DNA from: Clostridia bacterium
GTDB taxonomy: Bacteria; Bacillota; Clostridia; Oscillospirales; CAG-272
DNA: 64,000 nt
Assembly: GCA_017621695.1 (NCBI GenBank)
Contig: JAGASP010000053.1
Coordinates: 4,787 to 68,786 of the forward strand
Direction: 5' to 3'
Each line of letters opens with the position of its first letter. Position 1 is the stretch's first letter. This document shows, one piece after another, positions 44,242 to 53,231 of this stretch. Under the pieces are notes generated by a model, which was not told the DNA's origin, searched no databases, and saw nothing but the letters and a program-made list of their open reading frames with translations. Position numbers and translations under genes: made by a program.

Positions 44242-46308
44242 ATGGACGCCATCCTACACTATATCTGTATCCCGCTGGGATATCTTATGAAATGGTGCTG
44301 GATGCTGGTCGGCAACTACGGCTGGGCCATCATCCTCTTCACCTTAGCTACCAAGCTGGTGCTGCTTCCTCTGTCTGTCTGGATCCACAAAAATTCCATT
44401 CAAATGATCAAGATCCAGCCCGACATCAACTTTTTGAAGGCCAACCACTACGGAGACGCCGATACCATTGCAGAGGAGCAGTCCAAGCTCTTCAAAAAGC
44501 ACAAATACCACCCCATGCTCTCCCTCGTACCGCTGGCGGCGCAGATCATCCTGCTCCTCGGCGTGGTGGAGATCATTTACCATCCGCTGGATCATCTGTT
44601 CGCCATAGATCCCGCGCAGATCTCCGAGTGGGCCAAGCTTTGCGGCATTGACACCGCCAATTCCTCTTACCAGCTGAGCCTGATCGAAGCCATCAAGGAA
44701 GGCGCGCTGGACGCGCTCGATGCCTCCGCCATTCCCGCGATCAAAGCGTTTGACGGCCATTTCCTGGGCTTCAATCTCTCCACCGTTCCCTCACAGGTCT
44801 GGGGGATCTACATCCTCATGCCCGTCATCGCGGGCCTGTCCTCCTGGATCATGTGCTTTACCCAGAACCTCTCCAACGTGCTCCAGCACGAGCAGAGCAA
44901 GCTGAACCAGCACGGTATGACCATCCTGTCGGTGGGTATTTCCCTGTATCTCGGTATCGGTGTGCCTGCAGGTATTGCATGGTACTGGGTCGCCAGCAAC
45001 ATTTTCTCCATCATCCAGATGTATATCCTCAACGCCGTCATCAGCCCCAAGAAGTACGTGGACTACGATGCTCTGGAGCGTAGCCGCAAGGCACTGGCCG
45101 ATATCGAGGCTCTGGAAGAGGGCAAGAAAAAGGATCCCATGTACCGTGAAAACCGCGCAAGAGAAAAGAAGGATTACAAGAAATTCTTCTCCGTGGTCAA
45201 CAAGCACCTCGTCATCTACTCCGAAAAGAGCGGCTTCTATAAGTATTTTGAAGCGTTGATCCAAGAGCTTTTGTCCCGTTCCAACATCGTCATCCATTAC
45301 GTCACCAATGACCCCAATGACGCCATCTTCAAGCTCGCCGAGACCGAGCCCCGCATCAAGCCCTATTACATCGGACTCAAAAAGATGATCCCCCTCATGA
45401 TGAAAGCAGAGGCAGATATCATCGTCATGACTACCCCCGATCTTGACAAGTACTATATCAAGCGCTCCATCATGAAAAAGGATATCGAGTACGTCTATAT
45501 TCCCCACGATATGATGAGCGTGCACATGGGCTTCCGTGAGGGTGCGCTGGATGCCTTTGACACCATCTTCTGCACAGGCCCTCACGTTGTCCGCGAGGTG
45601 CGTGCCACCGAGGAGGTCTACGGAGTTCCTCAAAAGAAGCTGGTAGAATTCGGCTATCCCTTGGCTGACAAGCTGATCGAGGCAGGAGAAGCAGAGCGCG
45701 CATCCCACGTCTCGGGTCCCCGCAAGGAGATTCTCATCGCCCCCTCGTGGCAGGAGGACAACCTCTTGGATTCCTGCATTGATGCCTTGATCGAAGCGCT
45801 TTACTGCGACGATTACCACCTGACCGTCCGTCCTCACCCCGAGTACGTCAAGCGTTACGGCGCACGGATGCAGGCCATCACCGAAAAGTATGCCCATCTC
45901 GTTGGTGACGGACTGACCTTTGAACTGGATTTCACGGTCAACAAGTCCGTATATTCCTCGGATCTTCTCATCACAGACTGGTCGGGTATTGCGCTGGAAT
46001 ACTGCTTCGCTACCCGTCGCCCCGCGCTCTTCGTCAACACCAAGCTCAAGTGCATGAACCCCAACTGGGAAAAGATCAACTGCATCCCCACCGAGATCTC
46101 TTTGCGAGACGTCGTGGGTGTGTCGGTAGATAAGGAGCAGCTCTCCGACAGCCGCAAGACGGTGGAGGATCTCTTCGCAAGAGCCGATGAATTTGAAGTC
46201 AAGATCGGCAAGGTGCTGGACGAGCACATCTTCAATCGGGGAACGGCTGCCGAGGTTGGTGCGAAATACCTTCTCGCGTCCTTGGTCGAAAAACGCAAAA
46301 AGTCTTGA
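44242..46308 (+). CDS. Fusion protein: N-terminal YidC/Oxa1-family insertase domain plus C-terminal TagB/TagF-type CDP-glycerol glycerophosphotransferase domain
   Basis: YidC-like: NYGWAIILFTLATKLVLLPLSVW, KIQPDINFLK, KLFKKHKYHPM, AWYWVASNIFSIIQ. TagF-like: ILIAPSWQED, RPHPEY, DLLITDWSGIALEY. One uninterrupted 688-codon frame. RBS AAAGGAG. Confidence 0.8.
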   Translation: MDAILHYICIPLGYLMKWCWMLVGNYGWAIILFTLATKLVLLPLSVWIHKNSIQMIKIQPDINFLKANHYGDADTIAEEQSKLFKKHKYHPMLSLVPLAAQIILLLGVVEIIYHPLDHLFAIDPAQISEWAKLCGIDTANSSYQLSLIEAIKEGALDALDASAIPAIKAFDGHFLGFNLSTVPSQVWGIYILMPVIAGLSSWIMCFTQNLSNVLQHEQSKLNQHGMTILSVGISLYLGIGVPAGIAWYWVASNIFSIIQMYILNAVISPKKYVDYDALERSRKALADIEALEEGKKKDPMYRENRAREKKDYKKFFSVVNKHLVIYSEKSGFYKYFEALIQELLSRSNIVIHYVTNDPNDAIFKLAETEPRIKPYYIGLKKMIPLMMKAEADIIVMTTPDLDKYYIKRSIMKKDIEYVYIPHDMMSVHMGFREGALDAFDTIFCTGPHVVREVRATEEVYGVPQKKLVEFGYPLADKLIEAGEAERASHVSGPRKEILIAPSWQEDNLLDSCIDALIEALYCDDYHLTVRPHPEYVKRYGARMQAITEKYAHLVGDGLTFELDFTVNKSVYSSDLLITDWSGIALEYCFATRRPALFVNTKLKCMNPNWEKINCIPTEISLRDVVGVSVDKEQLSDSRKTVEDLFARADEFEVKIGKVLDEHIFNRGTAAEVGAKYLLASLVEKRKKS

Positions 46309-46408
46309 CATTTCGTCTTGAGTGTGGTATAATGCTCTCATCGACTGTAAGATGCCTCGCGTCAGAGCTTGCGCATCCAACAGCATCCACACGATAAGGA
46401 GAATGAAT

Positions 46409-46627
46409 ATGCTGATGTTTCCCATCACCGCGGCCTACATTGACCCCGCAGCGACAACGGTCGTCATTACATCCATCAGCGGCATCATCATTGCCGTGAG
46501 TGCAACCGCCGTCATCCTGTGGAGAAAGGCAAAGAAAAAGGTGGCCACCGCGCTTCACATCGACGAAAACGCCAACAAGGAAGTCGAAGAAGAGCTGGTC
46601 ATCAACAACGACACCGACGCAGAATAA
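46409..46627 (+). CDS. Small single-pass membrane protein (72 aa) with an N-terminal AYIDPAATT motif
   Basis: RBS TAAGGAG lies 7 nt upstream. TM segment VVITSISGIIIAVSATAVILW is followed by RKAKKK and an acidic tail. Confidence 0.55.
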   Translation: MLMFPITAAYIDPAATTVVITSISGIIIAVSATAVILWRKAKKKVATALHIDENANKEVEEELVINNDTDAE

Positions 46628-46798
46628 GATCTGACCGTTGATCGGTTCAAAAATGCAAATTTTGCCCTCTGTCTTGAACGGAGGGCTGAATTTGCGATTT
46701 TTGCGTCTGTTTTTCAGAAATTTTGTTCAAAAAATCCCCTCGATACCCCCAAAAACGAACACCGCCAAAAAGTTTCAAAGTAAGAAAGGAAATGAATT

Positions 46799-47797
46799 AT
46801 GAAAAAAATGATGAAATCCGCTCTCGTGCTGACCCTCGCCCTGGTGATGGTTCTGAGCTGCCTTTCCTTCGTGGGTTGCTCCAAAAAACAGACCATCGTC
46901 ATCTACACCAGCGCAGAAGAATTCCGTATCGAATACATGAACCAGCGTTTCAAGGAGAAATTCCCCGAGTACGAAATCAGACTCGAATATATGTCCAGCG
47001 GTGACCAGTCTACCCTGCTGCAGTCTGCCGGCACCGACGCAGAATGCCAGATCACCCATGACCTGGAATACGGCACTGCCGCAAACCTTGAGTCCATCGG
47101 CGTTCTTGCAAACCTCAAGGATAGCGCAGACTTCTCCAAATATGTAAGCGATGCCGCTCCCAGCACCTACTACACCCCCGAGCTCCGCAACGGCGGTGCG
47201 ATCATCCTCAACATGGATGTCATCGAGGAAAAGGGTCTGGATATTCCCACCTCTTATGAAGATCTTCTGGATCCCCAGTACAAGGGTCTGATCTCCATGC
47301 CCGATCCCAAGAAGTCGGGTACCGGCTATATGTTCCTCCTCTCCCTTGTCAACGCCCGTGGCGAAGAGGAAGCATTCAACTACTTCACCGCGCTCTATGA
47401 AAATCTTGTGGGCTTTGAATCCTCCGGTTCGGGTCCTGTCAACAAGCTCATCACCAAGGAAGCCGCCATCGGCTTTGGTATGATCTCTCATGCCGTTCAG
47501 CAGATCAACGAGGGTCAGAACTTCAAGATCCTCTTCTTTGAGGAGGGCGCACCTTACTCTCTCTACGGACAGGCTGTGATCGCAGGCAACGAGGAGAACA
47601 AGGCAGTCATGGAAGTTTTCAATTTCCTCTCCAACGAGCTGACCGAGGAAATGTGCGAGCGCTTCTATCCTGAGAAGATCTATAAGGATAAGGACTTCAC
47701 CATCCAAAACTTCCCCACAGACATTCAGTACTCCGACATGAGTAACAACACGCCCGCAAGAAAGGCCGAGCTTTTGGAAAAATGGGTGCTGAGCTGA
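46799..47797 (+). CDS. ABC-importer substrate-binding lipoprotein (Fe3+/thiamine/2-aminoethylphosphonate-type SBP family)
   Basis: Lipobox SFVGC. 332 aa. QTIVIYTSAEE start typical of this SBP class. RBS GAAAGGAAA. Confidence 0.8.
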   Translation: MKKMMKSALVLTLALVMVLSCLSFVGCSKKQTIVIYTSAEEFRIEYMNQRFKEKFPEYEIRLEYMSSGDQSTLLQSAGTDAECQITHDLEYGTAANLESIGVLANLKDSADFSKYVSDAAPSTYYTPELRNGGAIILNMDVIEEKGLDIPTSYEDLLDPQYKGLISMPDPKKSGTGYMFLLSLVNARGEEEAFNYFTALYENLVGFESSGSGPVNKLITKEAAIGFGMISHAVQQINEGQNFKILFFEEGAPYSLYGQAVIAGNEENKAVMEVFNFLSNELTEEMCERFYPEKIYKDKDFTIQNFPTDIQYSDMSNNTPARKAELLEKWVLS

Positions 47798-48603
47798 TGG
47801 AAACCCATAACGTCAAACTCTCCCTGCAAAATATCACCCAGAAATACGAGAAAAATTCCCTGACTCCCGCGTTGGATCATGTCAGTGCCGATATCTACGA
47901 AGGAGAATTTCTCTCTATCCTCGGCCCCTCGGGCTGCGGTAAAACCACCCTGCTCCGTATCATCATCGGCCTGCTCTCCCCTACCGAAGGCAGCATTCTC
48001 CTTGACGGCAAGGACATCACCCATGCTCCTGCCTCCGCACGCTCCATGGGTATCGTTTTCCAGAATTACGCCTTGTTTGAAAACATGACCGTGCTGGGCA
48101 ACGTAGTCTACGCGGCATATCTCAAGGCAAAGAAAGAAAAGAGCGCCACAAAGGCAGAGATCACGGATTCTGCCCTCGCCATGCTGGAGCTTCTGGGCAT
48201 CGCCGAGCACAAGGACAAATACCCCTCCGAGCTGTCGGGCGGTCAGCAACAGCGCGTAGCCATCGCAAGAACCCTCATCCACAATCCCTCGATCATGCTC
48301 TTTGATGAGCCGATGTCGGCACTTGACGTAGCAACGCGACTCCAGCTCCGCGACGTCATCAAGGATATCCAGCAGAAATTCGGCACCACGATGATCTATA
48401 TTACCCATGACCAGGAGGAGGCCTTTGCGCTGTCCGACCGCATCATGGTCATGGATAAGGCCAGAATCGTGCAGATCGACACCCCCGAAGAGATCATCAG
48501 CCATCCCGCCGATGCATACGTCGAGGAATTTGTAGTGGGAAATCTTCATAAGAAGATCGCTTCCCTTTCCAAGTACGCCTCCGCGGGCGGCGCGCAGGCA
48601 TAA
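47797..48603 (+). CDS. ABC transporter ATP-binding protein (alternative start at 47782)
   Basis: Walker A GPSGCGKTT, signature LSGGQQQRVAIAR, Walker B IMLFDEP. The start overlaps the SBP stop (TGATG). Confidence 0.9.
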   Translation: METHNVKLSLQNITQKYEKNSLTPALDHVSADIYEGEFLSILGPSGCGKTTLLRIIIGLLSPTEGSILLDGKDITHAPASARSMGIVFQNYALFENMTVLGNVVYAAYLKAKKEKSATKAEITDSALAMLELLGIAEHKDKYPSELSGGQQQRVAIARTLIHNPSIMLFDEPMSALDVATRLQLRDVIKDIQQKFGTTMIYITHDQEEAFALSDRIMVMDKARIVQIDTPEEIISHPADAYVEEFVVGNLHKKIASLSKYASAGGAQA

Positions 48604-50270
48604 TGACCGAAAGGAATGATCGACTTATGATAAAAAAGAATCGGACAGCTACCTTCAGCACCCCTATTAAACTGGCTGTCACGCTGATCCTTCTGCTTTT
48701 GGTGATTATCCCCATCATCCGAATGTTCTCGGGTGTCAAAGCCTCGGATTTCCGGGACGTATTTTCCCACGTCCTCTTCCCTGAGGCGGTCAAAAATTCC
48801 GTGGTTCTTTCCCTGATTGCCACCTTGATCAGCGTGTTGCTGGCCTATATTCTGGCACTCTGCATCGTGCGGACCAACATCCCCGGGAAAAAGGTTTTCG
48901 GTATTCTCCTGACCCTTCCCATGCTCATCCCCTCTATTTCTCACGGCATTGGTCTGACCACCCTGTTCGGCAACAACGGCCTTGTGACCCAGCTTTTCAA
49001 AACCCCCGCCATTTACGGTCCGGTCGGTATCGTCACAGGATCCGTCATGTACGCCTTTCCCGTCGCTTATATCATGCTGGCGGACGTATTGAAATACGAG
49101 GATCTTTCGGTATACGAAGCGGCTGACATCTTAGGCATCAGCAAGCCAAGACAGTTCTTCCGTCTGTCCCTCCCCTATATGAGCAAGCCCCTGCTTGCTA
49201 CGGTTTTCAGCACGTTTTCCATGATCGTGACGGACTACGGTGTTCCGCTTTCCATCGGCGGCAAAACAGTCACTCTCTCCACACGTATGTACACCGAAAT
49301 TGCTGCAGCTACGGGCGGTGACTTTGGAGAAAGCATCGTATACGCCCTTTGCTTGCTGATTCCCGCGATCATCGCTTTCGCGGCCGACGCCATCAACAAG
49401 GAAAAGGGCACCCTGTCTTATGTCAAAGCATCCTCTCACACCAAAACAGCGCCTGCCGTCAGGGTCGTTGCCTTTGTCATGTGCTGTCTCGTTTCCTTCA
49501 TGGCGCTTTTGCCCATTTTGTCCTTTGCCGTGCAGGCATTCGTGGTATCCTATCCCAAGGATATGACCTTCACCTTCAGCCAGGTACAGCATACCATCGA
49601 AAAGCGCGGACTTGAATTTTTGAAAAACTCCCTCGTCATTGCGCTGATCACGGCAACTTTGGGCATAGTGCTCTCCTATATCACAGCATACCTGACAGCA
49701 AGAATGCGCTCCCCTCTCTCCCGCCTCATGCACCTGCTGGTGCTGACCTTCATGGCGGTTCCGGGTCTTGTACTGGGCTTGTCCTATGCCATGACCTTCA
49801 GAGGAACGTTGATCTACGGCACCATCGTGATCATGACCATGGCCAACACAGCCCATTTCATGGCTTCCCCCTACCTCATGATGTACAATTCCTTCGGGAA
49901 AATGAATGAAAATCTTGAGTCCGTGGGACAGACTCTGGGTGTCAGCCGCATCCGTATGCTGAAGGATGTATTTATTCCCCAAAACATCTCCACCCTGGCG
50001 GAAATGTTCTCTTACCTGTTCGTCAACAGCATGATGACCATTTCAGCGGTATCCTTCCTGTTCTCTTCCAAGACCCGTCCCATTTCCCTTTTGATCTCCC
50101 AGTTCAACAGCGGTGTGGGCGGTATAGAGCTGGCGGCCGTGGTATCTCTGATGATCTTGCTCGTCAATCTCCTCATGAAGGGTCTCATAGGCCTGATCAA
50201 AATTTTGGCAGAAGCCAAAAAGAAGCGTGGAAAGGAAACCGTACATGACACTCTCGAAAAAGCAATTTGA
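48603..50270 (+). CDS. Fused two-domain ABC permease (FbpB/ThiP-like, 555 aa)
   Basis: Two tandem multi-TM halves. The start overlaps the ATPase stop (TAATG). Confidence 0.85.
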   Translation: MTERNDRLMIKKNRTATFSTPIKLAVTLILLLLVIIPIIRMFSGVKASDFRDVFSHVLFPEAVKNSVVLSLIATLISVLLAYILALCIVRTNIPGKKVFGILLTLPMLIPSISHGIGLTTLFGNNGLVTQLFKTPAIYGPVGIVTGSVMYAFPVAYIMLADVLKYEDLSVYEAADILGISKPRQFFRLSLPYMSKPLLATVFSTFSMIVTDYGVPLSIGGKTVTLSTRMYTEIAAATGGDFGESIVYALCLLIPAIIAFAADAINKEKGTLSYVKASSHTKTAPAVRVVAFVMCCLVSFMALLPILSFAVQAFVVSYPKDMTFTFSQVQHTIEKRGLEFLKNSLVIALITATLGIVLSYITAYLTARMRSPLSRLMHLLVLTFMAVPGLVLGLSYAMTFRGTLIYGTIVIMTMANTAHFMASPYLMMYNSFGKMNENLESVGQTLGVSRIRMLKDVFIPQNISTLAEMFSYLFVNSMMTISAVSFLFSSKTRPISLLISQFNSGVGGIELAAVVSLMILLVNLLMKGLIGLIKILAEAKKKRGKETVHDTLEKAI

Positions 50271-51138
50271 CATTTTAGTATATCTGGAAGGAAAAAAAGT
50301 TGCCGCATCTCAGCGTGAGATCGCCGCTGAGACAGGCTTTTCCCTCGGAACTGTCAACAAGATCCTGACAGAATTTTCTGAAAACGGCCTGATCTCGGGC
50401 GGTGCTATCACCGAGGCAGGCATTAAAGCGCTGGAGCCCTATCGCGTCAAGCGCGCCGTATTCATGGCCGCAGGCTTTGGCTCCCGACTCGTGCCCATTA
50501 CCCTGAACACCCCCAAGCCCTTGGTGCGTGTCAAGGGCAAGCGCATCATTGATTCCCTGCTGGATGCCGTCGTGGCGGCCGGCATTGAAGAGATCTACCT
50601 CGTGCGCGGCTATCTGGCCGAGCAGTTCGATCAGCTGCTTTTGAAGTATCCGGCCATCAAATTTATTGAAAACCCGGTATACAACGAGACCAACAACATC
50701 TCTTCGGCCTACTGCGCGCGGAAGTTCATCTCCAACAGCTACGTCTTTGAATCCGACCTTTTGCTGTATAACCCCAAGGTCATCACCAAATACCAGTATT
50801 CCAGCAACTATCTGGGCGTTCCCACCGAGATCACCGAGGACTGGTGCTTTACCACCAACGCTGCGGGCTATATCAACAGCCTGGCGCTGGGCGGCACCCA
50901 CTGCTACCATATGTTCGGCATCTCCTATTTCACCGCCGAAGACGGTGCAAAGCTCTGCGAGGATCTTGAGAAGGTATATAGTCTCCCCGGCGGCAAGCAG
51001 CGCTTCTGGGATCAGGTCGCCTTTGACTATTTCCCCAACCATTACAAGATCTCGGTGCGTCCCTGCGAATTTTCGGATGTCATTGAGATCGACACCTTCA
51101 ACGAGCTGAAGCAGTTGGATCCCAACTATGCGATGTGA
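50245..51138 (+). CDS. Winged-helix HTH domain fused to a LicC-type nucleotidyltransferase (CTP:phosphocholine/phosphonate cytidylyltransferase-like)
   Basis: Residues from ~75 align with S. pneumoniae LicC (AAGFGSRLVPITLNTPKPLV, ETNNISSAY, NSYVFESDLLL, FGISYF, RFWDQVA, VIEIDTFNEL). The N-terminal ~70 aa is MarR-like (QREIAAETGFSLGTVNKIL). Overlaps the permease 3' end by 26 nt. Confidence 0.8.
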   Translation: MTLSKKQFDILVYLEGKKVAASQREIAAETGFSLGTVNKILTEFSENGLISGGAITEAGIKALEPYRVKRAVFMAAGFGSRLVPITLNTPKPLVRVKGKRIIDSLLDAVVAAGIEEIYLVRGYLAEQFDQLLLKYPAIKFIENPVYNETNNISSAYCARKFISNSYVFESDLLLYNPKVITKYQYSSNYLGVPTEITEDWCFTTNAAGYINSLALGGTHCYHMFGISYFTAEDGAKLCEDLEKVYSLPGGKQRFWDQVAFDYFPNHYKISVRPCEFSDVIEIDTFNELKQLDPNYAM

Positions 51139-51291
51139 GCTTCGGGTCACCGTAATATCATGAATACCTAATAGCGCACGTGCGACTCCATGTACACGTG
51201 CGCTTTTTCTCTTGACATTTCCTTTAAATATGGTATAATAAATAATTGCGGACATCCGCACGTACATCCCATCGTCGAGGTGTTTTATTTC

Positions 51292-52671
51292 ATGCAAATC
51301 AAAAAATTCATAGGCGACAAGGCCTTTTACAAGATGGTGCTGGCCCTGACCATCCCCATCATCATACAAAACGGTATCACCAATTTCGTCAATCTTCTGG
51401 ACAACGTGATGGTAGGACAGCTCTCCCCCGAGGAATTCGCGGGCACGGGCATTGCCAACCAGCTCATGTTCGTGTGCAATCTGGCCATTTTCGGCGGGCT
51501 CTCGGGCTCGGGTATCTTCACAGCGCAATTCTTTGGCAAAAACGATCATGAAGGTATCCGCCATACCATGCGCTTCAAGCTCTACACCGTGCTGATCCTG
51601 TTGACCGTATGCGGAGCCGTGCTGATCCCCTTCGGGAAACCCCTGATCTCGGCGTTTTTGACCGATGACGGACAAACGGGTGACGTCGCCCTTGCCCTGC
51701 ATTACGGCTACAACTATCTGTTGATCGCCCTCGTCTCTCTGATCCCCGCGTCCTTGGCGCAGGTCTACGCCTCCACACTCCGTGAGACGGGACACACGGT
51801 GCCTCCCATGCTCGCCAGCGTGGCGGCAGTGCTGGCCAACGCGGTGTTCAACTACATCCTCATTTTCGGTAAGCTCGGCCTCCCTGCCCTGGGCGTGAAC
51901 GGCGCGGCCTTGGGTACAGTCATCGCCCGTGTCATCGAGCTGGCGATCGTCATGATCTGGGCTCATGCCAACGCCATCAAACTCCCCTATATCAAGGGTG
52001 TTTACCGCTCCTTTAAAATTCCTGCGGAATTGAGCCGCCGTATCCTTGTCAAATGTCTGCCCCTTTTGGGGAACGAATTCTTGTGGTCGTCGGGCATGGC
52101 GATCCTCAACCAATGCTATTCCACCCGCGGCATGGCAGCAGTCAACGCCATCAACATGAGCACAACGGTTACAAACCTTTTCAACATCGTCTTTATTTCT
52201 CTCGGCACGTCCCTGGCTATCCTTGTAGGCAACCAACTGGGTGCGGGAAAGATCGAGGAGGCCAAGGATACCGACCGAAAGATCATCGCCTTTTCTATGG
52301 TCATCTGCACCGCCGTAGCAGCACTGATGGTCGCCTGCTCTCCCCTGTTTACCATGATGTACAACGCCACCGACGAGATCAAAGCGCTGGCGGCCTCCCT
52401 CATTGCGGTATGCGCCTGCATGATGCCCTTCGATTCCTTTGCACATAACTGCTATTTCACCCTGCGCTCGGGAGGCCAGACCTTTATCACCTTCCTTTTT
52501 GACTCAGCCTTCGTGTGGGCCGTCAGCATCCCCGCGGCCTTCCTTCTGTCGAGGCTGACAAGCCTGTCCCTGATCCCCCTCTTCATCATCTGCACCGTTT
52601 TGAATCTTCTTAAGTGCGTCATCGGGGCCTTGATGCTGAAATCGGGCAAGTGGGCAAGGAAGCTGGTGTGA
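51292..52671 (+). CDS. MATE-family (MOP superfamily) transporter
   Basis: IPIIIQNGITNFVNLLDNVMVGQL and about 12 hydrophobic segments. Confidence 0.85.
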   Translation: MQIKKFIGDKAFYKMVLALTIPIIIQNGITNFVNLLDNVMVGQLSPEEFAGTGIANQLMFVCNLAIFGGLSGSGIFTAQFFGKNDHEGIRHTMRFKLYTVLILLTVCGAVLIPFGKPLISAFLTDDGQTGDVALALHYGYNYLLIALVSLIPASLAQVYASTLRETGHTVPPMLASVAAVLANAVFNYILIFGKLGLPALGVNGAALGTVIARVIELAIVMIWAHANAIKLPYIKGVYRSFKIPAELSRRILVKCLPLLGNEFLWSSGMAILNQCYSTRGMAAVNAINMSTTVTNLFNIVFISLGTSLAILVGNQLGAGKIEEAKDTDRKIIAFSMVICTAVAALMVACSPLFTMMYNATDEIKALAASLIAVCACMMPFDSFAHNCYFTLRSGGQTFITFLFDSAFVWAVSIPAAFLLSRLTSLSLIPLFIICTVLNLLKCVIGALMLKSGKWARKLV

Positions 52672-52771
52672 GGCGTGTGGAGGAAACGCAAGGGGAAACC
52701 GAACTGCAAGCAGTTCATGAAAAAAGTTTTCCCTTGACCCTTTCAAGAACCTTTCATAAGACAAACCCCGG

Positions 52772-52809
52772 CGGACACCTGCTCTATAGGCAGGTGTCCG
52801 TTTCGTCTT
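52772..52809. terminator. Bidirectional terminator
   Basis: CGGACACCTGC-TCTATAG-GCAGGTGTCCG followed by TTTCGTCTT. Confidence 0.7.
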
Positions 52810-52845
52810 ATTCATGCTACTTATTTCTCAATGGTCGTGAACCGT

Positions 52846-53073
52846 TTACTTGATTTCCTCGCGCTTTGACTTCTCCAAGCCCTTGATCTTTTCCCGCAAG
52901 GAATCCATCTCGCGGTTCAGCTCGGCGGTCTTCTTCCGAAGCTCCGTGATCCTGCTCTCCGCGTCCGCGATCACTTCCTCATGCGCCGCGTCGTTCAGCT
53001 CGGTCACCGTCTTGTCCTTGAACTGTAGCATCTTACGAAGCAGCTCTGCCTTGCGGGTCATCAAGCCTTCCAT
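52846..53073 (-). CDS. Small coiled-coil protein (75 aa), hypothetical
   Basis: Heptad-rich K/E sequence and coding-like composition. Weak RBS. Confidence 0.4.
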   Translation of the reverse strand: MEGLMTRKAELLRKMLQFKDKTVTELNDAAHEEVIADAESRITELRKKTAELNREMDSLREKIKGLEKSKREEIK

Positions 53074-53110
53074 GTCGGCCCTATCTTCCGAAAAATCTTC
53101 ACCAAATCCC

Positions 53111-53139
53111 TTGTAAATTTCATCATCCTATGCTATACT
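53111..53139 (+). promoter_or_regulatory. Promoter, copy 1 of the duplicated cassette
   Basis: TTGTAA, 17 nt, TGcTATACT. The context CCCTTGTAAAT...ATGCTATACT is identical to 55303-55331. Confidence 0.6.
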
Positions 53140-53170
53140 AAACAATAACGGCATTTTATGTTTTTAGCCA

Positions 53171-53205
53171 TATCTTGTATCTTGTATCTCGTATCTTATA
53201 TCTCA
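53171..53205 (+). repeat. Five tandem heptamers TATCTYR in the 5' leader
   Basis: TATCTTG TATCTTG TATCTCG TATCTTA TATCTCA, read directly. Confidence 0.9.
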
Positions 53206-53231
53206 ATAATTCGCACCGAAAGGACACCGCC

